Positions 17,445 through 25,197 of a stretch of 33,566 nucleotides of DNA are shown one piece after another. Below the pieces are notes generated by a model. That model was not told the origin of the DNA. It searched no databases and saw only the letters and a program-made list of their open reading frames with translations. Origin of the DNA: a virus (Duplodnaviria; Caudoviricetes); IMG/VR virus record IMGVR_UViG_3300025389_000059, positions 1 to 33,566 of that record; one strand, 5' to 3'. The number at the start of each line of letters is the position of its first letter. Position 1 is the first letter of the stretch. The translations under genes and the position numbers were made by a program.

Positions 17445-17472
17445 TAAAAACTAATACCCCTTACGGGGGTTA
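17445..17472 (-). terminator. Intrinsic terminator-like hairpin immediately upstream of the helicase RBS
   Basis: Minus strand TAACCCCC-GTAA-GGGGTATTA followed by GTTTTTATTT; GNRA loop. Confidence 0.55.
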
Positions 17473-17602
17473 ATCGGTTATAACAATGGTGAAAGGGGTC
17501 ACGAGGACGAAAGGTCATTTTATAACTAGTATGGTTAAAGGGTTACAACACAACGAGCCCCCGATGGCACACTCATACCTAACTACCACCGTATTAAGTT
17601 GT
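17445..17602 (-). ncRNA. Candidate small RNA / structured leader
   Basis: Bounded by a sigma70-like promoter and a terminator; contains hairpin 17477-17526 (GTTATAAAATG...CATTGTTATAAC) with a C/U-rich loop. Confidence 0.35.
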
Positions 17603-17608
17603 TCTATT

Positions 17609-17636
17609 ATTTTACTATGCTGACACTATATGTCAA
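17609..17636 (-). promoter_or_regulatory. Sigma70-like promoter with an overlapping palindrome
   Basis: TTGACA-16nt-TAAAAT on the - strand; TGACA-TATAG-TGTCA inverted repeat (17621-17635) overlaps the -35. Confidence 0.55.
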
Positions 17637-17639
17637 GTA

Positions 17640-17951
17640 CTATTTTTTCTTGCGTTCTCTTTTACTTACTTCTGAAACTAGATTGCCTTTTGAATCTCGT
17701 CTGAATGAACGATTAGCACTAGCACTTTCAATAAATACACCATCTTTATTTGAACCGCCTTTATCTAAAGCTTTTTTATGGGCTACATCTTTACCCTTAC
17801 GCTTAGGTGATTCTATGGTTTCTTTACCAGTATCTCGTTTGTCAATCGCACGTCTTGCACGTTGCCTTTCCATGCGACGTTCAAGTTCGCCTCTTGCTTT
17901 TTGTTGTTGGTATTCTTTTTTATAGGGTCTAGGTTTATTTACATACGGCAT
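17640..17951 (-). CDS. Small basic HNH-like endonuclease
   Basis: 103 aa; GKDVAHKKALDKGGSN...SASANRS matches the HNH pattern DxxH...GG.N.....NR; AAGGAGG RBS. Confidence 0.7.
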   Translation of the reverse strand: MPYVNKPRPYKKEYQQQKARGELERRMERQRARRAIDKRDTGKETIESPKRKGKDVAHKKALDKGGSNKDGVFIESASANRSFRRDSKGNLVSEVSKRERKKK

Positions 17952-17978
17952 ATGTGCCTCCTTTATGACTATATTATA

Positions 17979-18638
17979 TCATCCTTTAAAGAAGTCACAG
18001 GTCTTGACTGGACAGAATTTACATAGTGGCGTAGGGTTTGCCTGCCATGTATTTGTATCATATGAGTTATCTATCCTAGCAAGAGTTGGTATGAAGTGCC
18101 CCCATGATTTTTCTATATCTTCTCGTTTATATTCTTCAGGGATAAAAGTATCGTGGGCTACAAATAATAATCCTGCTTTAACTTTATTAACATTTGGGAA
18201 ATGAGCAAACGTCATTAATGCCATAAGTCTTAATTGTTTTGGGTCGGGGTATTTATTACTTCCAGTTTTATAATCTACAATAAAAGCATAGTCATTATCC
18301 ACAATAAGCAAATCAGCGATGCCTCTAACCCACCTGTTAGGGTCAGTAAAAGTACACGGTGTTTTATCTTTATATAAAGCCATTTCATGCTCAACATATT
18401 TATCTCCTGGGATTGCAATTAAATCATCTGCAAACTTTTTAAATCTTTCATAGTTTTTAGGAAAAGCAATACCTGTTCTTACATAATCTTCTAATGCCTT
18501 ATGTACCTCTGTCCCGTAAATCATTTGAGGTGAAGGAGTAGTTTGGTAGTTGTTAGCTACTCTTATTTCATAATATTTTTTAGGACAGTTTTGATATTCT
18601 TTTAAGGCAGAATAAGACCATGTGTAATTAGCCATCAC
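17979..18638 (-). CDS. PD-(D/E)XK exonuclease, Cas4/RecB-like
   Basis: 219 aa; SYSxL...CP, GTEVH, GIADL, VDYKTG, QLxxxA, C-terminal CKFCPVKTC (split 4-Cys Fe-S pattern). Confidence 0.88.
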   Translation of the reverse strand: MMANYTWSYSALKEYQNCPKKYYEIRVANNYQTTPSPQMIYGTEVHKALEDYVRTGIAFPKNYERFKKFADDLIAIPGDKYVEHEMALYKDKTPCTFTDPNRWVRGIADLLIVDNDYAFIVDYKTGSNKYPDPKQLRLMALMTFAHFPNVNKVKAGLLFVAHDTFIPEEYKREDIEKSWGHFIPTLARIDNSYDTNTWQANPTPLCKFCPVKTCDFFKG

Positions 18639-18864
18639 ATCCTTTTACATTGCATTTACAAACTTTTTGTACTTCGCCTGTTGATTTATTAAGTTCGTAT
18701 TCGGGTAGAATTTCTTTCCCTACGGGTTTCATAGTATCCCATTCTTTATCAATAGGTAACTCTTCTTTTTTCTTTCTAAAAATTAAATCAAAGTTCTTCT
18801 CAAACATTTCTGAATTAGGTTTAGACTGAATCCAATCGCCTGTTATATCATTCTTTGATGTCAT
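18628..18864 (-). CDS. Hypothetical protein
   Basis: 78 aa, coupled to neighbours; KNDITGD...F..IF motif. Confidence 0.65.
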   Translation of the reverse strand: MTSKNDITGDWIQSKPNSEMFEKNFDLIFRKKKEELPIDKEWDTMKPVGKEILPEYELNKSTGEVQKVCKCNVKGCDG

Positions 18865-19076
18865 TTTAAATATTTCTCAATAGCACGAACGACAGAAATG
18901 ATATGTTCAACTCTATCAATACAATAATATTCTTTAGCTAAGTCTTTAATCTTAGCATCTGAAATAGATGACTTTATAGTAATCGATGTTGTAGGTGCTA
19001 CTGCGGGACTAGGTGCAGTCACCTTAGATGTGACTTCTTTTATTTCTTTTTTAAACCAATCAAACATAATTAACAA
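18861..19076 (-). CDS. Hypothetical protein
   Basis: 71 aa; fills the gap between polA and the next gene with overlaps. Confidence 0.6.
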   Translation of the reverse strand: MLIMFDWFKKEIKEVTSKVTAPSPAVAPTTSITIKSSISDAKIKDLAKEYYCIDRVEHIISVVRAIEKYLK

Positions 19077-20938
19077 TCTCCATAACTTTCACCATATTTA
19101 GCCTCACAAGCAATCGGTAACCCAGTTGCCCATGTAGGTGGAGTAGACATTACTCCGATAATAAATTCTAACGCATTGTCAATATCTTGTTTAGATGTAA
19201 TACAAACAATCGCATCATGTACCGTTAATACAGGTTTATACTTCTCATTGATAGCAATCATCTGCTCACCTACAATAATTCTAGCCAATGCTTGGACTAC
19301 ATTTTCTACAACTGAACCACCCCAAATAGATACTTTGCCTTTACGAGATTTATAAAAGAATTTATCTCTACTATCTTCTCGTTCTTTGGCAAGTTCTGGG
19401 TAATGAATATATAATCCATTAGGTAGTTTAATCCCTTCCTTAGTTACAAGCAAGCACTTATGATGTCCTAAATAATAAGGTTCTTTTTCTTCCACCCAAT
19501 TAGCCATATCATTTAAGGCTCTATCACATTCTTCCCATAGCTTAATTACTTTATCATTAACTTGGCGGTAAACTTTAACAAGGCGTTGGCACTCTAAGTC
19601 ATCTAGGTTAGCTCCTGGAGGTTGAGTCTTTAGTGTATGTTGTAGCTTACTCCACCCTGTCCCGTAGCCTAAACCTAGTGTACAAGTCTTACCTACAAAT
19701 CGTTCTGTGGCGTCTTTCTTTGTAATAGTTCTACCATAAACTTTAGATGCAAACTCTGAATAAACATCTCGACCTTCACGATACCATTCAACAATATCAT
19801 CTTGCCCTGCAAGCCATACTAAAATCCTAGCTTCAATTTGAGAAGAATCTGAATTGATTACGACCGAGCCGTGTGGTGCAACGACGGCATTTTTAAGTGC
19901 TTTCTTCTTTTTATCTCTTGATGGAAGGTTTTGGAAATTAACTTTGTCTGAACCTGCCCATCTGCCTGTATGTGCTCCATAGTATTTAAGAGGGATAGGA
20001 AGTTTTCCTTTGTTGCGTGAGGCAATATCTAAGAATCTTTTAATTCTTGACTCCTCAATCGTAGATTTAGTACCTAGTCTTACGGCACATAGTTCTTGGA
20101 TAAATGGGTCTTCATGTTCTGTGAGTTCAATAAACCCTGTATCATTCTTAGCTAAAGCATATGTTTCTTTGCCTGTTGTAGGGCTTATCTTTAAAGGGAC
20201 TGTCACGCCGAGTTCGGTTAGTAGTTCTGCGAATTGTTTATTAGATGCTAATTTCTTTCTAACATCTTCTTCGGTATCGCATTTTAATCTATTCATTAAT
20301 GCACTCAAGACTTCTGACTTTTCTTTTTCAATCTCGTCTAGCCTCTCACTTAAAAGTGCATCGTCTAAATGTAGTGAAGGTTCTGTATACATTCTAAGTG
20401 TAATATCAATTAACCTAATTTCATTCTCTGTAAATTTATCTGATAAGACTTTAAATAGCTTGAGTGTTAATTCCACATCGTTAATACAATAACTACCATA
20501 TTTTTCTAGGTCATAAGCATTGAAGTCTTCACGACGCTTACCTTTAGCATCTATAACTTCTGTGCCTTTCTTCCCTAAATTATATCTTTCTACAAGGGCG
20601 GCTAAGCTTCCTCCTGCATCCACGCCATGAATAGCACGAGCCATACCGAGAGTATCGAAGTAAAGACTAGGAACGATATTGAAAACAAAAGATAAGATAC
20701 CACCATCAAACTGAGTGTTATGGCAAAGCAACGCAGAGGACTTCCAGTCAATCTTATCAAGTTCTTCTTTAATTTCTTGGTGAGTACCCGTAACCCAACG
20801 AGTAGCCTCCTCGTTCTTTTTAATACCAACGCCGATGACTTGAAATCTTTCATCTCTAATGTATTCCTCTGTTGTTAATCCCGATAGGCTAAAGCCTGTA
20901 TCGTAGAATGTTTCAAAGTCTAATGTAATTAAATCCAT
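19070..20938 (-). CDS. polA: DNA polymerase family A with 3'-5' exonuclease
   Basis: 622 aa; ExoI LDFET, ExoII HNTQFD, ExoIII YCINDV; TGRW, NFQNLP, motif A DSSQIEAR, motif B RFVGKTCTLGLGYG, motif C TVHD. Confidence 0.95.
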   Translation of the reverse strand: MDLITLDFETFYDTGFSLSGLTTEEYIRDERFQVIGVGIKKNEEATRWVTGTHQEIKEELDKIDWKSSALLCHNTQFDGGILSFVFNIVPSLYFDTLGMARAIHGVDAGGSLAALVERYNLGKKGTEVIDAKGKRREDFNAYDLEKYGSYCINDVELTLKLFKVLSDKFTENEIRLIDITLRMYTEPSLHLDDALLSERLDEIEKEKSEVLSALMNRLKCDTEEDVRKKLASNKQFAELLTELGVTVPLKISPTTGKETYALAKNDTGFIELTEHEDPFIQELCAVRLGTKSTIEESRIKRFLDIASRNKGKLPIPLKYYGAHTGRWAGSDKVNFQNLPSRDKKKKALKNAVVAPHGSVVINSDSSQIEARILVWLAGQDDIVEWYREGRDVYSEFASKVYGRTITKKDATERFVGKTCTLGLGYGTGWSKLQHTLKTQPPGANLDDLECQRLVKVYRQVNDKVIKLWEECDRALNDMANWVEEKEPYYLGHHKCLLVTKEGIKLPNGLYIHYPELAKEREDSRDKFFYKSRKGKVSIWGGSVVENVVQALARIIVGEQMIAINEKYKPVLTVHDAIVCITSKQDIDNALEFIIGVMSTPPTWATGLPIACEAKYGESYGDC

Positions 20939-20968
20939 ATATCCTTGTTTTGCACTTTGTACAAATTG

Positions 20969-21172
20969 TTATTTTATTTTTGCGTATTTCGCAAACTCAT
21001 CTCGGCACTCGGTTGAGCACCATCGTCTATCGTCTTTCATAGGTTCTTCACACCATAAACATTTTCCTGTTTGGTTAGAAGGTTTCTTTATATTCTTGCC
21101 TGCATTACTAACACCAACATCTATCATCTGTTGCATATAGTCATTGGCTACATCGGCTTCATCATTTACCAT
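20969..21172 (-). CDS. TraR/DksA-like C4 zinc-finger protein
   Basis: 67 aa; N-terminal DEADVA (DxxDxA) helix, CLWC...CSTEC zinc finger, short C-terminal helix. Confidence 0.7.
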   Translation of the reverse strand: MVNDEADVANDYMQQMIDVGVSNAGKNIKKPSNQTGKCLWCEEPMKDDRRWCSTECRDEFAKYAKIK

Positions 21173-21425
21173 GTTGTATAGCTTTCTTTATAGCGTTTGT
21201 TTCTCGTCTATCCATAGTGAAATACTTAGCCCAATTACTTTTACTACCGAGTGGTAAGGGTTTAGGTAATGTAATTCTGCCTTCGCTTTCTAGTTTGCGT
21301 ACCCGTTCGGCACAACCAGTAGCGTTGAGAATAATTTTGTTGCGACCTGCGTTTGGATATTTTTCCATGTAATCATGGACTCGTTGGATTATTTCTTCAT
21401 CGGTAAGTCTTTGATATGCTCTCAT
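21162..21425 (-). CDS. Hypothetical protein, possible HTH-type DNA-binding
   Basis: 87 aa, coupled to neighbours. Confidence 0.6.
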   Translation of the reverse strand: MRAYQRLTDEEIIQRVHDYMEKYPNAGRNKIILNATGCAERVRKLESEGRITLPKPLPLGSKSNWAKYFTMDRRETNAIKKAIQHGK

Positions 21426-21910
21426 GTTATTGTTATATACTCTATGTCTAAATCGTTAAAATTAATAAGTGTTAGTTTATCTTGTCTACCAAATCGTGTG
21501 TATATTTCATAGAGTCCTTTACCTTCTTTAACTCCGTTTTGTTTTATCTTTTTTACTACCCATCGATAAAGTAATTCTCTGTCTATAACTAACCAACCAT
21601 TGTGTCTTTCAAATACTATATAGTCAGCATCGCCTTTAATCCACCCTTTATCTCCTCTTACATTAGTCCCCTCAATCCAAGTGCTATCATCTTGAGAGTA
21701 ACTATCAAATCTATTTATTTTCTTTAAAGCCTTGACATCAAATTTAAAAGGCGTATCACCCAATATAGGCAATACACCCTTAATATCCCAATGTTCTTTT
21801 ATATCTTGTTCAGTTGTAGCCCAAGTAAAATCAAGCAAGTGTGTAGCGAATCGTCTTTCAGCATCTTTGCCTTTAGAAAAATCGTTAGAATAAGCATGGC
21901 TCGTAATCAT
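21422..21910 (-). CDS. Putative PD-(D/E)XK endonuclease-like protein
   Basis: 162 aa; GKDAE...HWD...FDVK...WIE...GW...ADY pattern. Confidence 0.6.
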   Translation of the reverse strand: MITSHAYSNDFSKGKDAERRFATHLLDFTWATTEQDIKEHWDIKGVLPILGDTPFKFDVKALKKINRFDSYSQDDSTWIEGTNVRGDKGWIKGDADYIVFERHNGWLVIDRELLYRWVVKKIKQNGVKEGKGLYEIYTRFGRQDKLTLINFNDLDIEYITIT

Positions 21911-22067
21911 CGGTGTTAAAGGGTTTTACCTTTTCTTTAGGAAGTTCAACCACTATAACATCTTTGTTGTTATCTGTAAACCACTTTGCCTCTTTACGAC
22001 TCCAACGATATTTTCTTACGACTTCGCCTTCGTCATCTAATACAGCATGGGTAAATGGTAAACTCAT
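21885..22067 (-). CDS. Hypothetical protein
   Basis: 60 aa, ATGA coupling. Confidence 0.65.
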   Translation of the reverse strand: MSLPFTHAVLDDEGEVVRKYRWSRKEAKWFTDNNKDVIVVELPKEKVKPFNTDDYEPCLF

Positions 22068-22312
22068 AACCCTACATTAGCCTCAATCAATTTTCTTGTA
22101 GACTCTTTATAACTTTTTACACCATCTAGTTTTTCTGCTTTGGTTCCATCTTTAAATAAAGGTGTTAAAACGATGTGATGTTTCTTTGATGGTAAATCTC
22201 TAAACCATTGTAAATCTGTTGGTCTAGAAAGCATTAAGGAGCACCATATCAATGCTCCCTCGTGATTAAATTCTTCTAGCAACCAAGCACTAGGTTCGTT
22301 AGATGCTTGCAT
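22064..22312 (-). CDS. Hypothetical protein
   Basis: 82 aa; GAGGAG RBS. Confidence 0.65.
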   Translation of the reverse strand: MQASNEPSAWLLEEFNHEGALIWCSLMLSRPTDLQWFRDLPSKKHHIVLTPLFKDGTKAEKLDGVKSYKESTRKLIEANVGL

Positions 22313-22673
22313 ACTTCTTCTCCTCTTGTTTATAAAATATTATGTGAGCCCATTGTACTATTGGTTTCATCTTCCATGGATTTTTAATACTTGTATCATG
22401 GAAATTTGTCGCACCATAACTATAGTCGGGTTCAAGTTTATGCATTATACGCCATGCCATATTTAAATAATAGTTATCCAACTGCGACGGAGGTTGTTTG
22501 TAACCATACCATGAAAACTGATAAGGCTTTTTCATTTCATAACAAATATTTTTAGGGTTAAAGTCTGCTCGCCTCATAAGTACATAGCCTACTGCAATTT
22601 GAGCTTGTGAGGGTTCGGTTGCTGACTCCATAAAAATGGTTGTAGCTAGACACGCCAATGCTTGGTCAATCAT
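22299..22673 (-). CDS. Cell wall hydrolase, SleB/Hydrolase_2 family
   Basis: 124 aa; CLATTIFMES.EP..AQIAVGYV..R, QFSW, GATNFH, HIIFY; AGGAGG RBS. Confidence 0.85.
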   Translation of the reverse strand: MIDQALACLATTIFMESATEPSQAQIAVGYVLMRRADFNPKNICYEMKKPYQFSWYGYKQPPSQLDNYYLNMAWRIMHKLEPDYSYGATNFHDTSIKNPWKMKPIVQWAHIIFYKQEEKKYASI

Positions 22674-22705
22674 ACTGACCTCCTATTTAAAGTGATACCA
22701 GTTAT

Positions 22706-22939
22706 TTATTTATTGGATAGAAATTTTTGAAGTTCTGTGGCATACCAAACTATCTTACCTGCATCTTCTACAGGATTACCTTTAAGACCAATTCGGCTTG
22801 TGTATTTAAGAATGTTACCTCTGATGTAGCCTATGTATTCCTCTGCTGACATCTTGGCTTTTATATAATCTATTGTTTCGATACCACCCGATGTGTAATG
22901 TGGTGGGTGATTTACCATATCTACTTTATTATCTGTCAT
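22706..22939 (-). CDS. DUF3310 protein (T7 gp1.7-like putative nucleotide kinase)
   Basis: 77 aa; DMVNHPPHY.SGGIETIDYI...GNILKY..R...K...ED..K..WY. Confidence 0.88.
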   Translation of the reverse strand: MTDNKVDMVNHPPHYTSGGIETIDYIKAKMSAEEYIGYIRGNILKYTSRIGLKGNPVEDAGKIVWYATELQKFLSNK

Positions 22940-23223
22940 ACTGCCTCCTTTAACAGAGTTAATAATTCCTCCATATTACCTTCATTTACCATGATTGCCA
23001 AGCCCCCTGCCGTTTTTATTTGCTCGATGTTGTATTTTTGCAACGCAGTTAATACGCCCTTTCCTGCCTTACATTCTATACCGATGAACCTGCCTTTGTA
23101 GCAGGCGATGATGTCGGGTACTCCACTCTTACCATAGCCTCCAGTTAAAGGTGAGAAATGATAGCAACCCAGATTGTCTAGGATTTTCTTTACTTTGTTT
23201 TTTACTTTTACTTCGGGTGTCAT
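22936..23223 (-). CDS. VRR-NUC domain nuclease / Holliday junction resolvase
   Basis: Start reassigned to MTPEVKVK (GGAG RBS); GVPDII, FIGIECKA, LTALQ, AGG. Confidence 0.88.
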   Translation of the reverse strand: MTPEVKVKNKVKKILDNLGCYHFSPLTGGYGKSGVPDIIACYKGRFIGIECKAGKGVLTALQKYNIEQIKTAGGLAIMVNEGNMEELLTLLKEAV

Positions 23224-23596
23224 TCTTATTCTCCGTAATTGACTCACCTCTTATACTATTTAAATCATTAGTATGTAAGACCAATACATTTACATTATTA
23301 GTTACACGCCAACCTATGTTTGCTAGGTCGGATATTTTACCATTGTATATAAATATATTAGGATACAGAGGCATCATGTCAGATTGATATAAAGGTTCTT
23401 CGCTACTCATAAATGATATTTTCATCTTAACAAATATAGGTAGCGTAGTATCTTTAAAGGTTCGTGTATATCCTCTATCTACATATACTGTGTAGTTCTC
23501 ATAATTTCTAACCATGACAACACGCCAATGGTCTTTTAAAGTATCGTGAGGCATGGGTTCATAATTAACTGACTCCATAACTTTGTTTGGTATCAT
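23129..23596 (-). CDS. Hypothetical protein
   Basis: Probable start MIPNK after AGGAG; 3' end overlaps VRR-NUC by ~95 nt. Confidence 0.6.
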   Translation of the reverse strand: MIPNKVMESVNYEPMPHDTLKDHWRVVMVRNYENYTVYVDRGYTRTFKDTTLPIFVKMKISFMSSEEPLYQSDMMPLYPNIFIYNGKISDLANIGWRVTNNVNVLVLHTNDLNSIRGESITENKNDTRSKSKKQSKENPRQSGLLSFLTFNWRLW

Positions 23597-23603
23597 ACGA
23601 CTC

Positions 23604-24635
23604 CTATCGTTTAATAATCTTTCCATTCACAATTAAATCCATATCCCAACTAGATGATGGTAATGCGTCGGTAGTAGTATACTCCTCATAGTCAAATGTA
23701 TCATTCACATAATATAAATGTTTTTTAAGTCTATGATATACACGATGAAATGCATCAATAGGTTTATCATTCTGCCAAAATCTAATACCTATACTTTTAA
23801 TATATAAATAGATAGCATCTAATGGTTTCTCTAATAAAATACTATCTGCAATACTTATAGCTTTCTGTCTATCATCATGCCCAAGATAGTTATTTTGTTT
23901 AAATTCACCTCCGAAATACTCTACGATTACATTATTAATATCCTCGCTTAATACTTCATATGTCATCGCACCTAGCATGGTTTTAGCTAGATTGAATGGT
24001 TGTTCATATTTTTTAAATGCCTCTTTAACTTTACTACGATTAACCACTCGTCTTCTAATAACATATTTACTATCGGGGTGTAGTTCCCTAGTATCCATAT
24101 TAAATCTCATACCTTTAAAGACAGGCATACCCTCACGCCTCCGAGTGCCTGTAACAAAGTATGTCGTGCCACCATGTCTAACACTTGTAGCTACATACCC
24201 AGTATTTCGCCAACCATCACCCGATAGAAAATGTCTATCACCTTGTCCGTAATCTGTTTCAGTAAATTCAATCGTATTATCGGCTCGGACTTTGGCTAAT
24301 ATCCTATCCTTTTTAATATACTTATAGAATTTGCCTGCACGCACATATTGTCTATTAAATTCATCCCATGTAGTTTCTTCATTATATTTATTTATCTCAG
24401 ACTTAGATTTTATATTTTTAATTATGTCTTCATATTGTTCCTTAGTAAACATCTCTTTTTCATGGTAATGATAGTACCCAATATTAAATACTCGTTGTCC
24501 GTCGGTGTCAGTATCTATGGTAAAATACTTATAAGTATGACGCCTATTCTCAATAGGGTATCGGTTAGTCCCTCTAAAGGGCTTAACTTTGTCTGCGATT
24601 TCTGCAAGCCATTCGTATTTAAAATAGTGATTCAT
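23604..24635 (-). CDS. Hypothetical protein (343 aa)
   Basis: Long ORF with GAAAGGA RBS; no motif recognised. Confidence 0.8.
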   Translation of the reverse strand: MNHYFKYEWLAEIADKVKPFRGTNRYPIENRRHTYKYFTIDTDTDGQRVFNIGYYHYHEKEMFTKEQYEDIIKNIKSKSEINKYNEETTWDEFNRQYVRAGKFYKYIKKDRILAKVRADNTIEFTETDYGQGDRHFLSGDGWRNTGYVATSVRHGGTTYFVTGTRRREGMPVFKGMRFNMDTRELHPDSKYVIRRRVVNRSKVKEAFKKYEQPFNLAKTMLGAMTYEVLSEDINNVIVEYFGGEFKQNNYLGHDDRQKAISIADSILLEKPLDAIYLYIKSIGIRFWQNDKPIDAFHRVYHRLKKHLYYVNDTFDYEEYTTTDALPSSSWDMDLIVNGKIIKR

Positions 24636-24636
24636 A

Positions 24637-24744
24637 TTAAATTTCCTTTCGTCTAAATTTAAGTTTATGTTTTTTCTGTTTTGCTAGTCTTGCTTTTCTA
24701 TATATTGCTAATGTATTGATATAACCTTTCGTAAAACCCCTCAT
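24637..24744 (-). CDS. Highly basic micro-ORF (MRGFTKGYINTLAIYRKARLAKQKKHKLKFRRKEI, 35 aa)
   Basis: Translated by hand; ATGA coupling, GGGAGG RBS; ends 1 nt before the next start. Confidence 0.5.
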   Translation of the reverse strand: MRGFTKGYINTLAIYRKARLAKQKKHKLKFRRKEI

Positions 24745-24899
24745 TGGTATTTCCTCCCTAGTTCCTCAAAGATTTTCTCTAATGACTTCGGTTCAAAGTC
24801 GTGCTTGTTAAACTCAAACATTGTTTTTCTTCCGTTGGTATGTTTAACATAGCCTCTCACAATGACATTACTTACTATAATTTCTTTTTGTTTACTCAT
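24741..24899 (-). CDS. Hypothetical protein (52 aa, MSKQKEII...GRKYQ)
   Basis: Translated by hand; GGAG RBS; overlaps the previous stop. Confidence 0.6.
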   Translation of the reverse strand: MSKQKEIIVSNVIVRGYVKHTNGRKTMFEFNKHDFEPKSLEKIFEELGRKYQ

Positions 24900-25197
24900 T
24901 TGATAACTCCATAGTTCGTTCTACTACCAATTTATTTATTTCTTCATCAGTAGCTTTGTTCATATAAAAACTTATATCGCCATGCGTGATAGTCATAGGC
25001 AATTTTCTAAGTAACCATATGCGTTTCTTAATCATTTCATCATCGATATAATTCTCTATCATCGCTACCTCCAATAGTTCTTTAAATACAATACTACCTT
25101 GTATCACAGCGTGTTCATCTAAGTCCTCATCTGTGTACATATCTGAGTATGTCGACATATCATAATCCTCGTCTTTATTAACTTCAAACCAACCCAT
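24892..25197 (-). CDS. Hypothetical acidic protein
   Basis: 101 aa; AAGGAGG RBS. Confidence 0.7.
   Translation of the reverse strand: MGWFEVNKDEDYDMSTYSDMYTDEDLDEHAVIQGSIVFKELLEVAMIENYIDDEMIKKRIWLLRKLPMTITHGDISFYMNKATDEEINKLVVERTMELSNE

Noticed and set aside
17490-17516. GTCACGAGGACGAAA on the + strand resembles hammerhead ribozyme stem II plus GAAA
   Set aside because: The CUGAUGA core is missing and stems I/III cannot be built
17536-17577. 13-codon ORF MSVPSGARCVVTL as an attenuator leader peptide
   Set aside because: Weak RBS and no regulatory codon run
17979-18638. Cas4-like gene as evidence of CRISPR-Cas
   Set aside because: No other cas genes or array; solo Cas4-like exonucleases are ordinary in phage replication modules
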